In this document: in pieces, positions 27,018 to 36,877 of the stretch
Numbering within the stretch: the stretch's first letter is position 1
Layout of the letters: each line of letters starts with the position of its first letter
Assembly: GCA_024686335.1 (NCBI GenBank)
Contig: JAILCI010000012.1
Location: forward strand, 71,979-135,978
DNA length: 64,000 nucleotides
Source: Bacteroidales bacterium
GTDB lineage: Bacteria; Bacteroidota; Bacteroidia; Bacteroidales; WCHB1-69
Direction: 5' to 3'
Program-made: the position numbers and the translations under genes
Notes under the pieces: model-generated
The model's input: the letters and a program-made list of their open reading frames with translations, nothing else
Database searches by the model: none
Told to the model about the DNA's origin: nothing

Positions 27018-27728
27018 TTAGTGTAATACTGCGGTAAGAATGTCTACCGAGGAGATGTTTCCGACTTGTTCGTTATGGATTTGAAAATAGTGGATAAGAT
27101 GGTGGAGCAACTCGAGTCGCGCCTGGCGTGAGGAGTTGAGTGTGTCTTCGCTAAGGAGTTGATGCAGGAGTAGACTCTCTTCTTGTGAAAGGGTGTCATT
27201 ATCGTCCCATAGGTAAGACTGAAATCGACCGTTTTGAAGTGAAAAATAGGGATTTTGAGTAGAGTAATTGTCTTCTGGCATGAAGCCCAGCAAAACGCTG
27301 AGACGTATCAGAAACTGCAGCGGGAGGATGTTGAGGACTGTGTTAGGGTCTGTCATCCGTTGAATCTCTTTTTCGATGAAGTGAAAGAGAACGGGGTCTT
27401 CGCCGGCGTCGAAAAGCAGTCTGTAAAGCAGTTCGCAGTAAAACATGCGAATAGTGGTGACGGCTGGGTCGAAGCTGTAGAAGTCGGATTTTTCGCTGAG
27501 GTCTACCTCTTTCAAATATTTAATTTGATTGAGATAGTGGTCGTCATAGGTTATGTTTAGCAATGCTAACGGAGAGAAAAGGGAGGCGCGGATGTTTTTC
27601 TTCTTGGAGAAAGCGTTCTTGACGATGAAAGATTGAGTGCCATGCATCTCCGTGAAAAGCTTCACGATGATGGAGGTGTCGGAGTACTTGGTTGTATGAA
27701 GCACGAAACCGCGGGTGGACACGTACAT
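27018..27728 (-). CDS. recO: DNA repair protein RecO
   Basis: 236 aa. The N-terminal OB-fold 'TRGFVLHTTKYSDTSIIVKLFTEMHGTQSFIVKNA' and the overall length are typical of RecO. Confidence 0.85.
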   Translation of the reverse strand: MYVSTRGFVLHTTKYSDTSIIVKLFTEMHGTQSFIVKNAFSKKKNIRASLFSPLALLNITYDDHYLNQIKYLKEVDLSEKSDFYSFDPAVTTIRMFYCELLYRLLFDAGEDPVLFHFIEKEIQRMTDPNTVLNILPLQFLIRLSVLLGFMPEDNYSTQNPYFSLQNGRFQSYLWDDNDTLSQEESLLLHQLLSEDTLNSSRQARLELLHHLIHYFQIHNEQVGNISSVDILTAVLH

Positions 27729-27742
27729 GGCGCAATGTTTTG

Positions 27743-30106
27743 TTAGTTGATAAACAGAAACTTGCCCACGATCTTCTCTTTTCCATTCTCATCGGAGGCC
27801 ATCACATAATAAACGCCGGTTGCAGGTCTTCTGCCATAGAAATCCTGACAATTCCAGACCAGTTGACCACCGTTGCTGTAGCCTTGCCATATCAGTTTTC
27901 CTAGAGAGTCAGTGATCTTGCAAAGAGATTTCTCTTTCAGTCCTCTGATGGCGACCACGCCAGTGTAATCGTGGCGGACTGGGTTAGGGTAGATGAAGAC
28001 TTCGTCTGCGTAGGACTCAAAGCCGCGAATAGCGTCGCCGCGGTAACTGACAATACCCTTTTCGGTGCCAAAGAACACCTCGCCACTGATGTCGTCAATA
28101 CAGATAGTGTTGATTTGGTTGGAGAAGAGCGGATGGTCCTCAGCAGTAAAATGCTGGAGTTGTGTCTGTCCATCTTCACTCATCAAGAAGACGCCAGCTT
28201 TGGCAGTGCCGATCCATTTACGGTTTGCTCCATCTACTGCTATTGCTGTAATGCTCTCATATTCAAATAATACCGACACATAACCGTCTTGTTCCAGGAG
28301 GATGTTGCGAGGATAGGCTGTTCCTTTGAATATGTTTTGTGGATAGTAGATGACTTTTATGCCTTTGTCGGTGCCGATCCACATCTCGCCGTCCAAGTCT
28401 TCCGCAATGCAGTAGACAGTGGTAGAGTTGACTTCAGCAGCCGTGTTCATGTCTATACGGGCAAAACTGTCGTCTCCGGGGTTATCATAGGTCCCATTTT
28501 CATAGAAAGCGACCAGATTGTAACGGTTAAGAGATGAACCGCGAGGGAAAGTGATCCATTTATAACCACGAGAGTCGACCACAACATCTTTAGCTACCAC
28601 ACCATTGGTAGACGAGACAAGAACTCCTTGGGTGATGTTGAACTGGTGCCATGTGCCATTAGGTTCCATCATCTTCAACATGTAGTCGGCCTGACTGTTG
28701 GTCATCCATAGATTGCCTTTGCTATCGAAGTCAAGACCCGACACGAAGATAAAACCCTCGCTGACATTCTCCAGAATGGAGTTGCCATTATGGTAGTGAG
28801 CTATAGGCTGTTGTTTGTTGCATTTGAAGAGGCCTCCGCCCCATGAGGCAACGTACCATTCGTCTTCGTTGTTGGGGTTAATCTTAATATTGACGATGTC
28901 CGTAACTGTCATGGTGCTGTCATAATGAATAAAGTCGCTGCTGTTGGAATGCCATTTTTGATTGGAATACCAACTGATGGATGGGTAAAGATAGCCTTTG
29001 GCGTAGGTGGAACTGTTGTAGAAACCCGGTGCGGCTGCTACGATTCCATTATGAGAGGTGATCTTTATCACAGCGTCTGAGAAGGGACCGGAGGAGGTGT
29101 AGTAGCGATTGAAGAAAAAGGTGCGGTTACAACGGACTAACCCCAGTTCCTTATCGGCAACCCAAATATCGTCATTATTTAAAACACTTTCTTGTCCTTG
29201 CGGGTAGCCGCCATTTTCGGGATACCATGTGGCGGTGAATACCTCTTGGATGTCGGAATTGAAGACTTGTACTAGATTCCAACCGCAAATGGCCATCTCG
29301 GATCCGTTGCTGTATATGCTGCGCACATCTTCGTATTGCATCGTTGTGGGAGACCAGTTTCCGTTGCTAAGTGCATAAATGGTATCATGTTGTTGTTCGT
29401 TAAACTCGTCGACATTGCGGACGGCGAAAAGAGTGCCGCCAAAGAAACAGAGTTGGCCGAAGTCAGCACCTGCAGTCTCGGGTGCCAACTGCCAGATTCC
29501 GAAGTTTGCAGGGTTGATATAGTCTTTGGAGATTGTGAAGACGCCCACGTCAGTGCTGATGGCATAAAGGTCATCGGTGATGGCAAAATCATGGGCGTTA
29601 TAGAGTGTGCTTCCGACAGAGGTGAACCAAGTGTCTTCGATCAGCAGTTGCTCAATGTTGATTATAACTACGCCAAAAGGATATACAAGGTATGCGCGTC
29701 CATCATCACAATAGATGTTGGAGAGCTGCTTGGAGCTGTTTGTCTGTCTTTCTTTGATGTCTTTGATGTTGAAGAGACGATCTCCTTGTATGAAGTCGAG
29801 GTTGCCATTGTTGTAGCTTACGATGAGCGTTTTGGTGGCAGGGTCGTAGTGTATCTTGTTAATGTCCACATCTGAGAGTCCGTCAACTTTGGTCCAGGAG
29901 CTGGTCGAGGACTCGTCTGCGTTGATGGTGGATTTCTGCAGTAGCATCAGACCGTTGTTGGTTGCAGCGTATATATAGTCGTCGTCAGCCGCCACGGAGT
30001 GGAAACTATGCAGCGGGATATGGGCGCTGAACTTGCCGATGGCCGACTGGCAGTGCAATGCCAGACAGAGCGATAGAAGGCCGATGGTCAGGAACAGTTT
30101 GTTCAT
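27743..30106 (-). CDS. Double beta-propeller protein with T9SS C-terminal domain (PorZ-like)
   Basis: 787 aa with a signal peptide and many Reg_prop-type blades ('WIGTDKGIKVIYY', 'WIGTAKAGVFLMSEDG', 'VFFGTEKGIVSYRGD'). The C-terminal 'FIYPNPV..GVVAIRGL..TGVYYVMASDENGKEKIVGKFLFIN' is a T9SS CTD. Size and architecture match P. gingivalis PorZ. Confidence 0.6.
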   Translation of the reverse strand: MNKLFLTIGLLSLCLALHCQSAIGKFSAHIPLHSFHSVAADDDYIYAATNNGLMLLQKSTINADESSTSSWTKVDGLSDVDINKIHYDPATKTLIVSYNNGNLDFIQGDRLFNIKDIKERQTNSSKQLSNIYCDDGRAYLVYPFGVVIINIEQLLIEDTWFTSVGSTLYNAHDFAITDDLYAISTDVGVFTISKDYINPANFGIWQLAPETAGADFGQLCFFGGTLFAVRNVDEFNEQQHDTIYALSNGNWSPTTMQYEDVRSIYSNGSEMAICGWNLVQVFNSDIQEVFTATWYPENGGYPQGQESVLNNDDIWVADKELGLVRCNRTFFFNRYYTSSGPFSDAVIKITSHNGIVAAAPGFYNSSTYAKGYLYPSISWYSNQKWHSNSSDFIHYDSTMTVTDIVNIKINPNNEDEWYVASWGGGLFKCNKQQPIAHYHNGNSILENVSEGFIFVSGLDFDSKGNLWMTNSQADYMLKMMEPNGTWHQFNITQGVLVSSTNGVVAKDVVVDSRGYKWITFPRGSSLNRYNLVAFYENGTYDNPGDDSFARIDMNTAAEVNSTTVYCIAEDLDGEMWIGTDKGIKVIYYPQNIFKGTAYPRNILLEQDGYVSVLFEYESITAIAVDGANRKWIGTAKAGVFLMSEDGQTQLQHFTAEDHPLFSNQINTICIDDISGEVFFGTEKGIVSYRGDAIRGFESYADEVFIYPNPVRHDYTGVVAIRGLKEKSLCKITDSLGKLIWQGYSNGGQLVWNCQDFYGRRPATGVYYVMASDENGKEKIVGKFLFIN

Positions 30107-31347
30107 ATGTTAGATGTTTTGGTGATAGACTTTTTGAGCATATGGGCAGGGAGTATAGAGGTGAAGAGGTTGATAGCCAAGATTGTGACAAGGATGATAA
30201 GTATGTCGGTGAAATGCATCTGTATAGGGTAGTAAGGGATGGTGTAGTAGCCTTCGCCCCCGCCTAACTTGACGAGATGGAAGGTCTGCTGCAGCCAGCA
30301 GATGATTACTCCAAAAATGGTACCAAGAATTCCTCCGATAAGGGAAACAGCCATACCTTCATAGAGGAAAATACGTTGTATCAGAGATGGGGAAGCGCCC
30401 ATGCTGAACAAGATGGCATTGTCGTGCTGTTTCTCCAGGACGAGCATACCGATGGCTCCGATGATATTGAATGCTGCCACGAAGAGTATGAAAGCGAGTA
30501 TCGTATAGGTGATCAGTTTTTCCGACTTCATGGTCTTGAAGAGCATTTCCTCCTGCTGCCTTTGGTTTTTGACCACATATTTATCTCCGACAATCTCTTC
30601 AATCTGTTTCTGGTTGATTTTAACATCCGCAAAATCTTCTGTGTAGACAGCTACAGAGGTGGCTTGTCCTTGGTATTGCATCAAGTCTCTAGTGAATTGG
30701 ATAGGACAGACAAGATAGGTCTGGTCATGGTCGGTGTTTGTAGAAAAAACGCCGGTTGGGAAGAGAAAATCTGTGTTAAAGGCGCTGGATGGGTCGGCAA
30801 AGTTCTTTTTGTTTCGTTTCGGATAGTAGACCTTCATCATATCGTAACTGCCGAGGTTGATGAGCAGTTTGCCAGCCGCCACGGTGCCGATGTTGGCACA
30901 TGCTTGCTGCCCGTAGTAGGCGCGGGCGTTTCCATCAATGAGAACAGCTGCGTAATTCCGCATGGTCCGAGATCCGGTGTCTACACCAATCAGCTGCAAT
31001 AGCTCCTGCCTATCCTGATATGTGACGAGAGCCAGGTCGCTAACAATCTCGTCCACGTCGGTGACAAGTCGAAGCTGTTTGATCTTCTCTGAAGGAAAGT
31101 CCGCCGTGTCAAAGGACTTGCCCTCTTTCAGAGAAATCATATAGTCGGGATTGTTGTCGTTGAACCATCCGCTGATGATCTCCTCCATACCGTTAAATGC
31201 CGACATCACAATGACCAGAGCCGCAGTGCATATCGTGATGCCCACCATCGACACGATGGAGATGACATTGATGATATTGTGTTTCTTTCGAGACACAATA
31301 TAGCGCTTGGCAATGAAAAAAGCGGTCTTGTGATTGGCGGTTTTCAC
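30103..31347 (-). CDS. FtsX-like ABC transporter permease (LolC/E family)
   Basis: 414 aa. It has 'FFIAKRYIVSRKKHNIINVISIVSMVGI', a large periplasmic loop, and three C-terminal FtsX TMs. It follows rbfA, as in many Bacteroidetes. Confidence 0.8.
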   Translation of the reverse strand: MKTANHKTAFFIAKRYIVSRKKHNIINVISIVSMVGITICTAALVIVMSAFNGMEEIISGWFNDNNPDYMISLKEGKSFDTADFPSEKIKQLRLVTDVDEIVSDLALVTYQDRQELLQLIGVDTGSRTMRNYAAVLIDGNARAYYGQQACANIGTVAAGKLLINLGSYDMMKVYYPKRNKKNFADPSSAFNTDFLFPTGVFSTNTDHDQTYLVCPIQFTRDLMQYQGQATSVAVYTEDFADVKINQKQIEEIVGDKYVVKNQRQQEEMLFKTMKSEKLITYTILAFILFVAAFNIIGAIGMLVLEKQHDNAILFSMGASPSLIQRIFLYEGMAVSLIGGILGTIFGVIICWLQQTFHLVKLGGGEGYYTIPYYPIQMHFTDILIILVTILAINLFTSILPAHMLKKSITKTSNI

Positions 31348-31349
31348 GG

Positions 31350-31685
31350 CTATTTTTTCAATAGTTCGTCGATATGTTCAATATAGTCGAGAGTGTCGTC
31401 GAGGAAAAATTCCAGTTGTGGCACTACGCGGAGCTGGTTGCGTATGCGCTGTCCTAGGCGGAAACGTATGTCTTTGGTGTTGGCACGGATTGCCGCTACG
31501 ATAGCCTCCTTGTCGGGTGCCATATAGACACTCAAGTAAGCTCTCGCAATGGAGAGGTCAGAGGTAATCGTGGTCTTTGTCACCGTAATCATGCAGTTGT
31601 ATAGATTGCGACCATCAGCGATGAAAATGTTCGCCAACTCTTTTTGCAACAGTGCTGCTATCTTATTTTGTCTTGTACTATTCAT
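31350..31685 (-). CDS. rbfA: Ribosome-binding factor A
   Basis: 'MNSTRQNKIAALLQKELANIF...VTKTTITSDLSIARAYLSV' fits RbfA. The ORF-track start (31811) is replaced by the ATG at 31685 because a -7 box lies at 31713-31720 inside the extension. Confidence 0.85.
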   Translation of the reverse strand: MNSTRQNKIAALLQKELANIFIADGRNLYNCMITVTKTTITSDLSIARAYLSVYMAPDKEAIVAAIRANTKDIRFRLGQRIRNQLRVVPQLEFFLDDTLDYIEHIDELLKK

Positions 31686-31712
31686 AATAATTACCCTAAT
31701 ATAAACAGGCTG

Positions 31713-31720
31713 CAAAGATA
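31713..31720 (-). promoter_or_regulatory. Candidate -7 box (TAnnTTTG) for the rbfA operon
   Basis: The plus strand reads caaagata, which is tatctttg on minus, 28-35 nt upstream of the ATG at 31685. Confidence 0.5.
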
Positions 31721-31800
31721 CGCATTTTGTCGGAAATTGTGTGTCGTCATCGCTGTCGCTGTTTTTTTCTTTTTTAATGTGGCATCTTTTGAAAATTATG

Positions 31801-31808
31801 TACATTTG
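31801..31808 (+). promoter_or_regulatory. Candidate -7 box (TAnnTTTG) for the SPFH/prohibitin gene
   Basis: tacatttg lies 38 nt upstream of the ATG at 31846. Confidence 0.5.
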
Positions 31809-31845
31809 CACTCAATTTTTTAACGCTTATTAAATTAATCGAACT

Positions 31846-32646
31846 ATGGATAATGTAAAACGCACACCGAGTAAATTTTTCAGATGGGTCTGGATTGGCA
31901 TCCTTGGTCTATTTGGCATTATTGTTTTTTTTAGTCTTTTCTATACGGTAAAGTCCACGGAACGTGGGGTGCTGTCGACCTTTGGAAAGATTCAGGATAA
32001 AGTTATTAATGATGGACTTCATGTTAAAATACCCTTCATACAAACTGTGCAGAAGGTGAATGTTCAGCAAAAGAAATTTGATGGCACGGAGGACTCCTAT
32101 ACGCGTGATGTGCAGACCTCTGAGGTCTCATATACAATTAACTATGATCTCGTTAGAGATAATGTCAGTAAGTTGATCAAGAATGTGGGCAACGACTACC
32201 ATACGAGAATAGTAGAGCCCTATATCCGTAGTGCCATCAAGAGCAGTTTCGGCAGCTTTAACGCCACCCAGATTGTGGCAAACCGCGACAAGGTGCGTTA
32301 CGAAATCGAAACGAAATTGCGCGCAACCCTTGATAAACGTTATTTCACAAACATTCATTTTCAATTAGTTAATATTGATTTTGACGATCAGTTTGAAACA
32401 GCTATTAAGGAAAAACAGGTTGCCGAGCAGAATGCACTGAAGGCCAAGAATGTTACCATCCAGATTGAAGAGCAGGCCAAACAGACCAAGATAAAAGCTG
32501 AGGCTGAAGCTGAGGCAATTCGTATAAAAGCCCATGCATTGGAGAATAATCCCAAATTGGTTGAGTATGAGGCTGTTCAGAAATGGGATGGCAAACTGCC
32601 GGAGTATACGGGTGGTGGCGCTGTGCCTTTCATTAACATTAAATAA
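31846..32646 (+). CDS. SPFH/band 7 (prohibitin) family membrane protein
   Basis: 266 aa with an N-terminal TM, an SPFH core ('ERGVLSTFGKIQDKVINDGLHVKIPFIQTV'), and a coiled-coil 'AEAEAEAIRIKA' tail. Confidence 0.8.
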   Translation: MDNVKRTPSKFFRWVWIGILGLFGIIVFFSLFYTVKSTERGVLSTFGKIQDKVINDGLHVKIPFIQTVQKVNVQQKKFDGTEDSYTRDVQTSEVSYTINYDLVRDNVSKLIKNVGNDYHTRIVEPYIRSAIKSSFGSFNATQIVANRDKVRYEIETKLRATLDKRYFTNIHFQLVNIDFDDQFETAIKEKQVAEQNALKAKNVTIQIEEQAKQTKIKAEAEAEAIRIKAHALENNPKLVEYEAVQKWDGKLPEYTGGGAVPFINIK

Positions 32647-32693
32647 TTCATTTTAAAAATCTTACACCATTTTCAAAATAAAAATTCTCACTT

Positions 32694-33797
32694 ATGTACA
32701 ATGATGATAAAAGAATAGTAGTCACGATGGATGCCGGCGGTACCTTTTTCCGTTTCGGTGCTATCCAAGGGAATAAACCTATGATGGAGGAGATCACTTT
32801 TCCATCCGAATCCCGTGACCTGGAAAAGTGTCTGAATACGATTGTTAACGGTTTCGGTGCTGTAATGTCCCGCCTGCCGGAGAAACCTGTGGCTATTAGC
32901 TTTGCATTTCCTGGCCCTGCCGATTATCCTAACGGTATCTTCCCGACTCGTCTGACCAACTTCCCTTGTTTCTCTGATGGTGTGGCATTGGGACCATTCC
33001 TTGAGTCAAAATTTAATCTGCCGGTCTACATAAATAATGACGCTGACCTTTTCACTTACGGTGAGGCACTTGCCGGCCTTCTGCCACATGTCAACAGTGT
33101 GTTGAAAGAGCATGGTAGTGCTAAGATCTATCGCAATATGGTTGGTTTTATACTCGGTACAGGTTTCGGCATTGGTATCACAACGAACAATCAGATGTAT
33201 ATTGGCGATAACTGCTGTTCGGAGATTTATTGTTCACCCAATAAGTTAGAGCAAGAGCTGATAGCTGAGGAGGGTGTGTCGGCACGTGCCGTTCTGCATA
33301 ACTATCGTCTTTTTGCCAATGATCCTAAGGCTGCTGAATATACGGATTCTTATATCATCTATCAAATCGCTGATGGTGAGTTGCCTGGCGATCAGTCTGC
33401 TGCATTGAAAGCTTTTGCCCGTTTTGGAGAGGTGGCCGGTAATACCATTGCTAATGCAGTCTGTATGCTTGATGGTATCATCGTGTTGGGCGGAGGTGTT
33501 TCCAAATCGCAAAAGTTCTACATGCCGGCATTATTGCAGGAGATGCGTAGAACACTCTATACCCGTACGGGCATTGATATTCCCCGTGTGCCTTCCTATG
33601 TCTATAATTTGGAAGATGAGATCGAGTTGGCACAATTTATCCATGGTGAGCAACGTGAAATTCCAATTTTTGGAACTGATCGCACCGTTAAATGTGATGT
33701 TCAAAAACGTCTCGGTATCGGTTTATCTAAGCTTGGTACCACACAGGCCACAACTATTGGAGCCTACTGCTTTGCCTTGCACAAACTTGACGAATAA
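32694..33797 (+). CDS. ROK family sugar kinase-like protein
   Basis: 367 aa with 'VVTMDAGGTFFRFG' (ATP-binding phosphate-1), 'INNDADL', and 'IVLGGGVSKS'. Substrate not inferable. Confidence 0.6.
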   Translation: MYNDDKRIVVTMDAGGTFFRFGAIQGNKPMMEEITFPSESRDLEKCLNTIVNGFGAVMSRLPEKPVAISFAFPGPADYPNGIFPTRLTNFPCFSDGVALGPFLESKFNLPVYINNDADLFTYGEALAGLLPHVNSVLKEHGSAKIYRNMVGFILGTGFGIGITTNNQMYIGDNCCSEIYCSPNKLEQELIAEEGVSARAVLHNYRLFANDPKAAEYTDSYIIYQIADGELPGDQSAALKAFARFGEVAGNTIANAVCMLDGIIVLGGGVSKSQKFYMPALLQEMRRTLYTRTGIDIPRVPSYVYNLEDEIELAQFIHGEQREIPIFGTDRTVKCDVQKRLGIGLSKLGTTQATTIGAYCFALHKLDE

Positions 33798-33808
33798 GTT
33801 CAAAAAAA

Positions 33809-35677
33809 ATGAAGGAGAAACCATCCAAAGAAAAAGAGAAACCTGAGATTGTAGATGGTATTGAGGGTAAGATGACCCTAGGGGAGTTGCTCAAGAATAT
33901 ATTTCCATTTATAAAACCCTATAAATGGCTTGTTGCCGCTACGTTGATCTTCACTTTCGTCAGTTCTCTTATGGCGCAGGTCAATGCGGTAGTTCTTGAT
34001 CGTGCAGTGGATGCTATCAATGACTTGCTGCAGAAGGGCAGTTTTCTGTGGAGCGCCGCTGCTAAGATATTGATAACTATCAGTATCATCTTGCTTTCCA
34101 AAGAGGTCATAGCGGCGTTGTTGACCTTCGCCCAACGCTATTTTGGCGAGAAGATGCGTATCATGGTGAGTCGTGATCTATCGCTGAAAGTCATTGATAA
34201 GATTCTCTCTTTTCGGATGGCTTTCTATTCAGCAGATGCCAATGAACCTGGAAAGCTGCAATCACGTATCGATCGTGGTGTCAGCAGCCTCAGCAGCACC
34301 GTCAACAACCTCTTCATTGAAATCTTGCCACTCTTCACTAGCGCTATTCTTGCTCTTGTTCTGATGTTCATGGCAAACGTTTATGTAGGTTTGGTGGCTC
34401 TCTGTATTGTGCCTGTCTATTTCTATATTACATATTTACAGGCTAAGCATCTGAAGGGTTGGCGGCGCGGTATCTTCGGAAGTCACCAGGCTTTAAGCCA
34501 AGGGATTCTTAACATTATCGAGAGTATCACTGTCATCAAGTCTTTCAATCGTGAGGATATTGAATCCAATCGTCAGGCCAATTTGCAGCAGCAGATTACA
34601 GACCAACAGATGACTACACGTCGTTTGAGCTATATTTACAATGGTGTGAAATCATTTGTGGAGCAGATTGGTACCGTGCTTATCATCATCCTTACCGCCT
34701 ATTTGGTTCTGATACATTATCCTGGTATGAGTATCGGTAAGATTATGTATCATGTCTTGCTATTCAATAACGTGAGTGCTCCTATTCGCCAATTGCACCG
34801 TATCTATGACGATCTGAATGATGCACTGATCTACGCTGAGGGATTCTTTGGTATTTTGCATAATGATAAAGAGATAGAAGATCAAGGCCATTATCGTCCG
34901 GAAAAGGTTGAGGGACGTTTTGAGATTTCTGGAGTGGATTTCACATACGGCAATGGTACAAAAGCTCTCTTTGATATTAATATGAACATTGAGCCAGGTA
35001 AGATAAATGCATTCGTCGGGCTGAGTGGGGCCGGAAAGAGTACGCTCGTCAACCTGCTCGACAAGTTCTACGAGCCCGACTGTGGCAGTATCAAACTGGA
35101 TGGGGTTGATTTGCGGGATTGGGATACTCAGTGGCTGCGTGACAATGTGGGTTTGGTTTTGCAGAAAAATCATATCTTTAGTGGTACTATTGAGGAGAAT
35201 ATTAGATATGGTAATCCTAATGCCACCTTTGAAGAGGTGGAGGAGGCTGCCAAAAAGGCATATATCTATGATCAGATTGTACAATTGCCCAATGGTTTCC
35301 AATCTCAAGCTTTACAGTTGAGCGGCGGTCAGCAACAACGTATCGCTATTGCCCGTATGTTCATCAAAAATCCGCCTATTATCTTCTTGGATGAGCCTAC
35401 TGCCAGTTTGGATGCCATCGCTACCGAGCAAATCAAGGCCAGTATTGATGCCATTAAATCGGGTCGTACTGTCATCATCATTTCCCATAATATTGGCCAG
35501 ATTATTGATGCCGATCAAATCTTCGTCTTGCAGAAAGGTCGTCTAGAGCAATATGGTACACCCGACGAGGTCTATCGTCAGGGTGGTATTTACAAAGAAA
35601 TTCTTGACTCTAGCGCTCGCAGCATGAACGTAGATAAGATAGCTCAGACGATAGAAGGGGAATTTGATGGGAAATAA
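33809..35677 (+). CDS. ABC exporter, fused permease/ATPase (MsbA-like)
   Basis: 622 aa with a six-TM N-domain, Walker A 'GLSGAGKST', signature 'LSGGQQQR', and Walker B 'IIFLDEPT'. Confidence 0.85.
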   Translation: MKEKPSKEKEKPEIVDGIEGKMTLGELLKNIFPFIKPYKWLVAATLIFTFVSSLMAQVNAVVLDRAVDAINDLLQKGSFLWSAAAKILITISIILLSKEVIAALLTFAQRYFGEKMRIMVSRDLSLKVIDKILSFRMAFYSADANEPGKLQSRIDRGVSSLSSTVNNLFIEILPLFTSAILALVLMFMANVYVGLVALCIVPVYFYITYLQAKHLKGWRRGIFGSHQALSQGILNIIESITVIKSFNREDIESNRQANLQQQITDQQMTTRRLSYIYNGVKSFVEQIGTVLIIILTAYLVLIHYPGMSIGKIMYHVLLFNNVSAPIRQLHRIYDDLNDALIYAEGFFGILHNDKEIEDQGHYRPEKVEGRFEISGVDFTYGNGTKALFDINMNIEPGKINAFVGLSGAGKSTLVNLLDKFYEPDCGSIKLDGVDLRDWDTQWLRDNVGLVLQKNHIFSGTIEENIRYGNPNATFEEVEEAAKKAYIYDQIVQLPNGFQSQALQLSGGQQQRIAIARMFIKNPPIIFLDEPTASLDAIATEQIKASIDAIKSGRTVIIISHNIGQIIDADQIFVLQKGRLEQYGTPDEVYRQGGIYKEILDSSARSMNVDKIAQTIEGEFDGK

Positions 35678-35726
35678 AGTCTTGTAAACACCTTAAATTA
35701 TTGTTTTTTCATATTATAGAATTGAT

Positions 35727-35734
35727 TATTTTTG
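35727..35734 (+). promoter_or_regulatory. Candidate -7 box (TAnnTTTG) for the CNNM gene
   Basis: tatttttg lies 35 nt upstream of the ATG at 35769. Confidence 0.5.
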
Positions 35735-35768
35735 CACACGTTTTTAAAATAGAATATTAAATAACGAA

Positions 35769-36863
35769 ATGATCGCTTTAATAGCATTTTTTGTTGGCAC
35801 GTTGGTGGTGTCATTTTGCTGTTCTTTGTTGGAGTCTGTATTACTTTCGACGCCTATCTCTTATATATCTATGCGTGAGGAGGAAGGGGATCCAAATGCA
35901 ACGTTGATGATGAAGATGAAGGAGGATACTGACAGACCTCTGGCCGCCATTCTCTCTCTAAATACTATTGCCAATACCGTCGGTGCAGCAGGCGTAGGAC
36001 ATCAGACAACTCTTATTCTAGGCAGTTATTGGTTCGGAATCATGTCTGCCTGTATGACGATCATGATCTTGATTTTTTCTGAGATTATTCCCAAGACCAT
36101 TGGTACTGTTTACTATCGTAAGTTTCTCTGGTTGGCCAAACCTATGAGAGTTTTGATATTCATCCTTTTCCCCATCGTTAAGTTCATGGAACTGTTTAGT
36201 TATTTAATTTCTAGAAAAGAGGATGAACAAGCAGTGGTAAGTCGTGATGAGGTTTCTGCCATGGCTAATATCGGCGAAGAAGAGGGCGTGATTGATCAGT
36301 CTGAAAATAAGGTTATCCAGAATATTATTCAACTTGACAATATCAAGGCTTACGATGTGATGACTCCGCGAGTGGTGGCCGCTGTCGCCTCCGAGAAGGA
36401 GACATTGCAGGATTTCTATAAAGATGAGTCTCTCTCTCCATATTCCCGTATTCCCGTTTATTTAGATTCACCCGACTATATTACTGGTTATGTTCTTCGT
36501 AATGATGTACTTGAGCTTTTAGCTGACGACAAGTTCGATACTCCGTTGAGCGAGATTAAACGTGATATCGTTACGTTCAACGAAGAAACCAGTATTGGAG
36601 ATATATGGGATTCCCTTCAAAGCACCAAGGACCATATCGCTGCCGTCATTGATGACTATGGTAGTTTCCAGGGTGTTATCACATTGGAGGATGTGATAGA
36701 GACTATCTTAGGTCTTGAAATCGTAGATGAAAACGATGAGATCGCTGACATGCAGCAGTATGCCCGTGAACGTTGGGAAAAGTTGAAAAAGGAGCGCATG
36801 AAAGCTGTCTCGACAAAGTCTTTGTCTGACAATAAAGGTAAGAAAAAGTCCTTACCGGAATAA
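35769..36863 (+). CDS. CNNM/DUF21 plus CBS-pair membrane protein (hemolysin/CorC-related)
   Basis: 364 aa with an N-terminal DUF21 membrane domain followed by a CBS pair ('AYDVMTPR', 'IAAVIDDYGSFQGVITLEDVIE'). Confidence 0.75.
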   Translation: MIALIAFFVGTLVVSFCCSLLESVLLSTPISYISMREEEGDPNATLMMKMKEDTDRPLAAILSLNTIANTVGAAGVGHQTTLILGSYWFGIMSACMTIMILIFSEIIPKTIGTVYYRKFLWLAKPMRVLIFILFPIVKFMELFSYLISRKEDEQAVVSRDEVSAMANIGEEEGVIDQSENKVIQNIIQLDNIKAYDVMTPRVVAAVASEKETLQDFYKDESLSPYSRIPVYLDSPDYITGYVLRNDVLELLADDKFDTPLSEIKRDIVTFNEETSIGDIWDSLQSTKDHIAAVIDDYGSFQGVITLEDVIETILGLEIVDENDEIADMQQYARERWEKLKKERMKAVSTKSLSDNKGKKKSLPE

Positions 36864-36877
36864 TTCCTATTAAATTG

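Noticed and set aside
30277-31002. A 241-aa plus-strand ORF antisense to the LolE-like permease. Similar cases are 4155-4679, 40304-40555 and 47440-47925.
   Set aside because: These are shadow ORFs opposite strongly supported genes. They have no motifs, no promoter boxes and biased composition.
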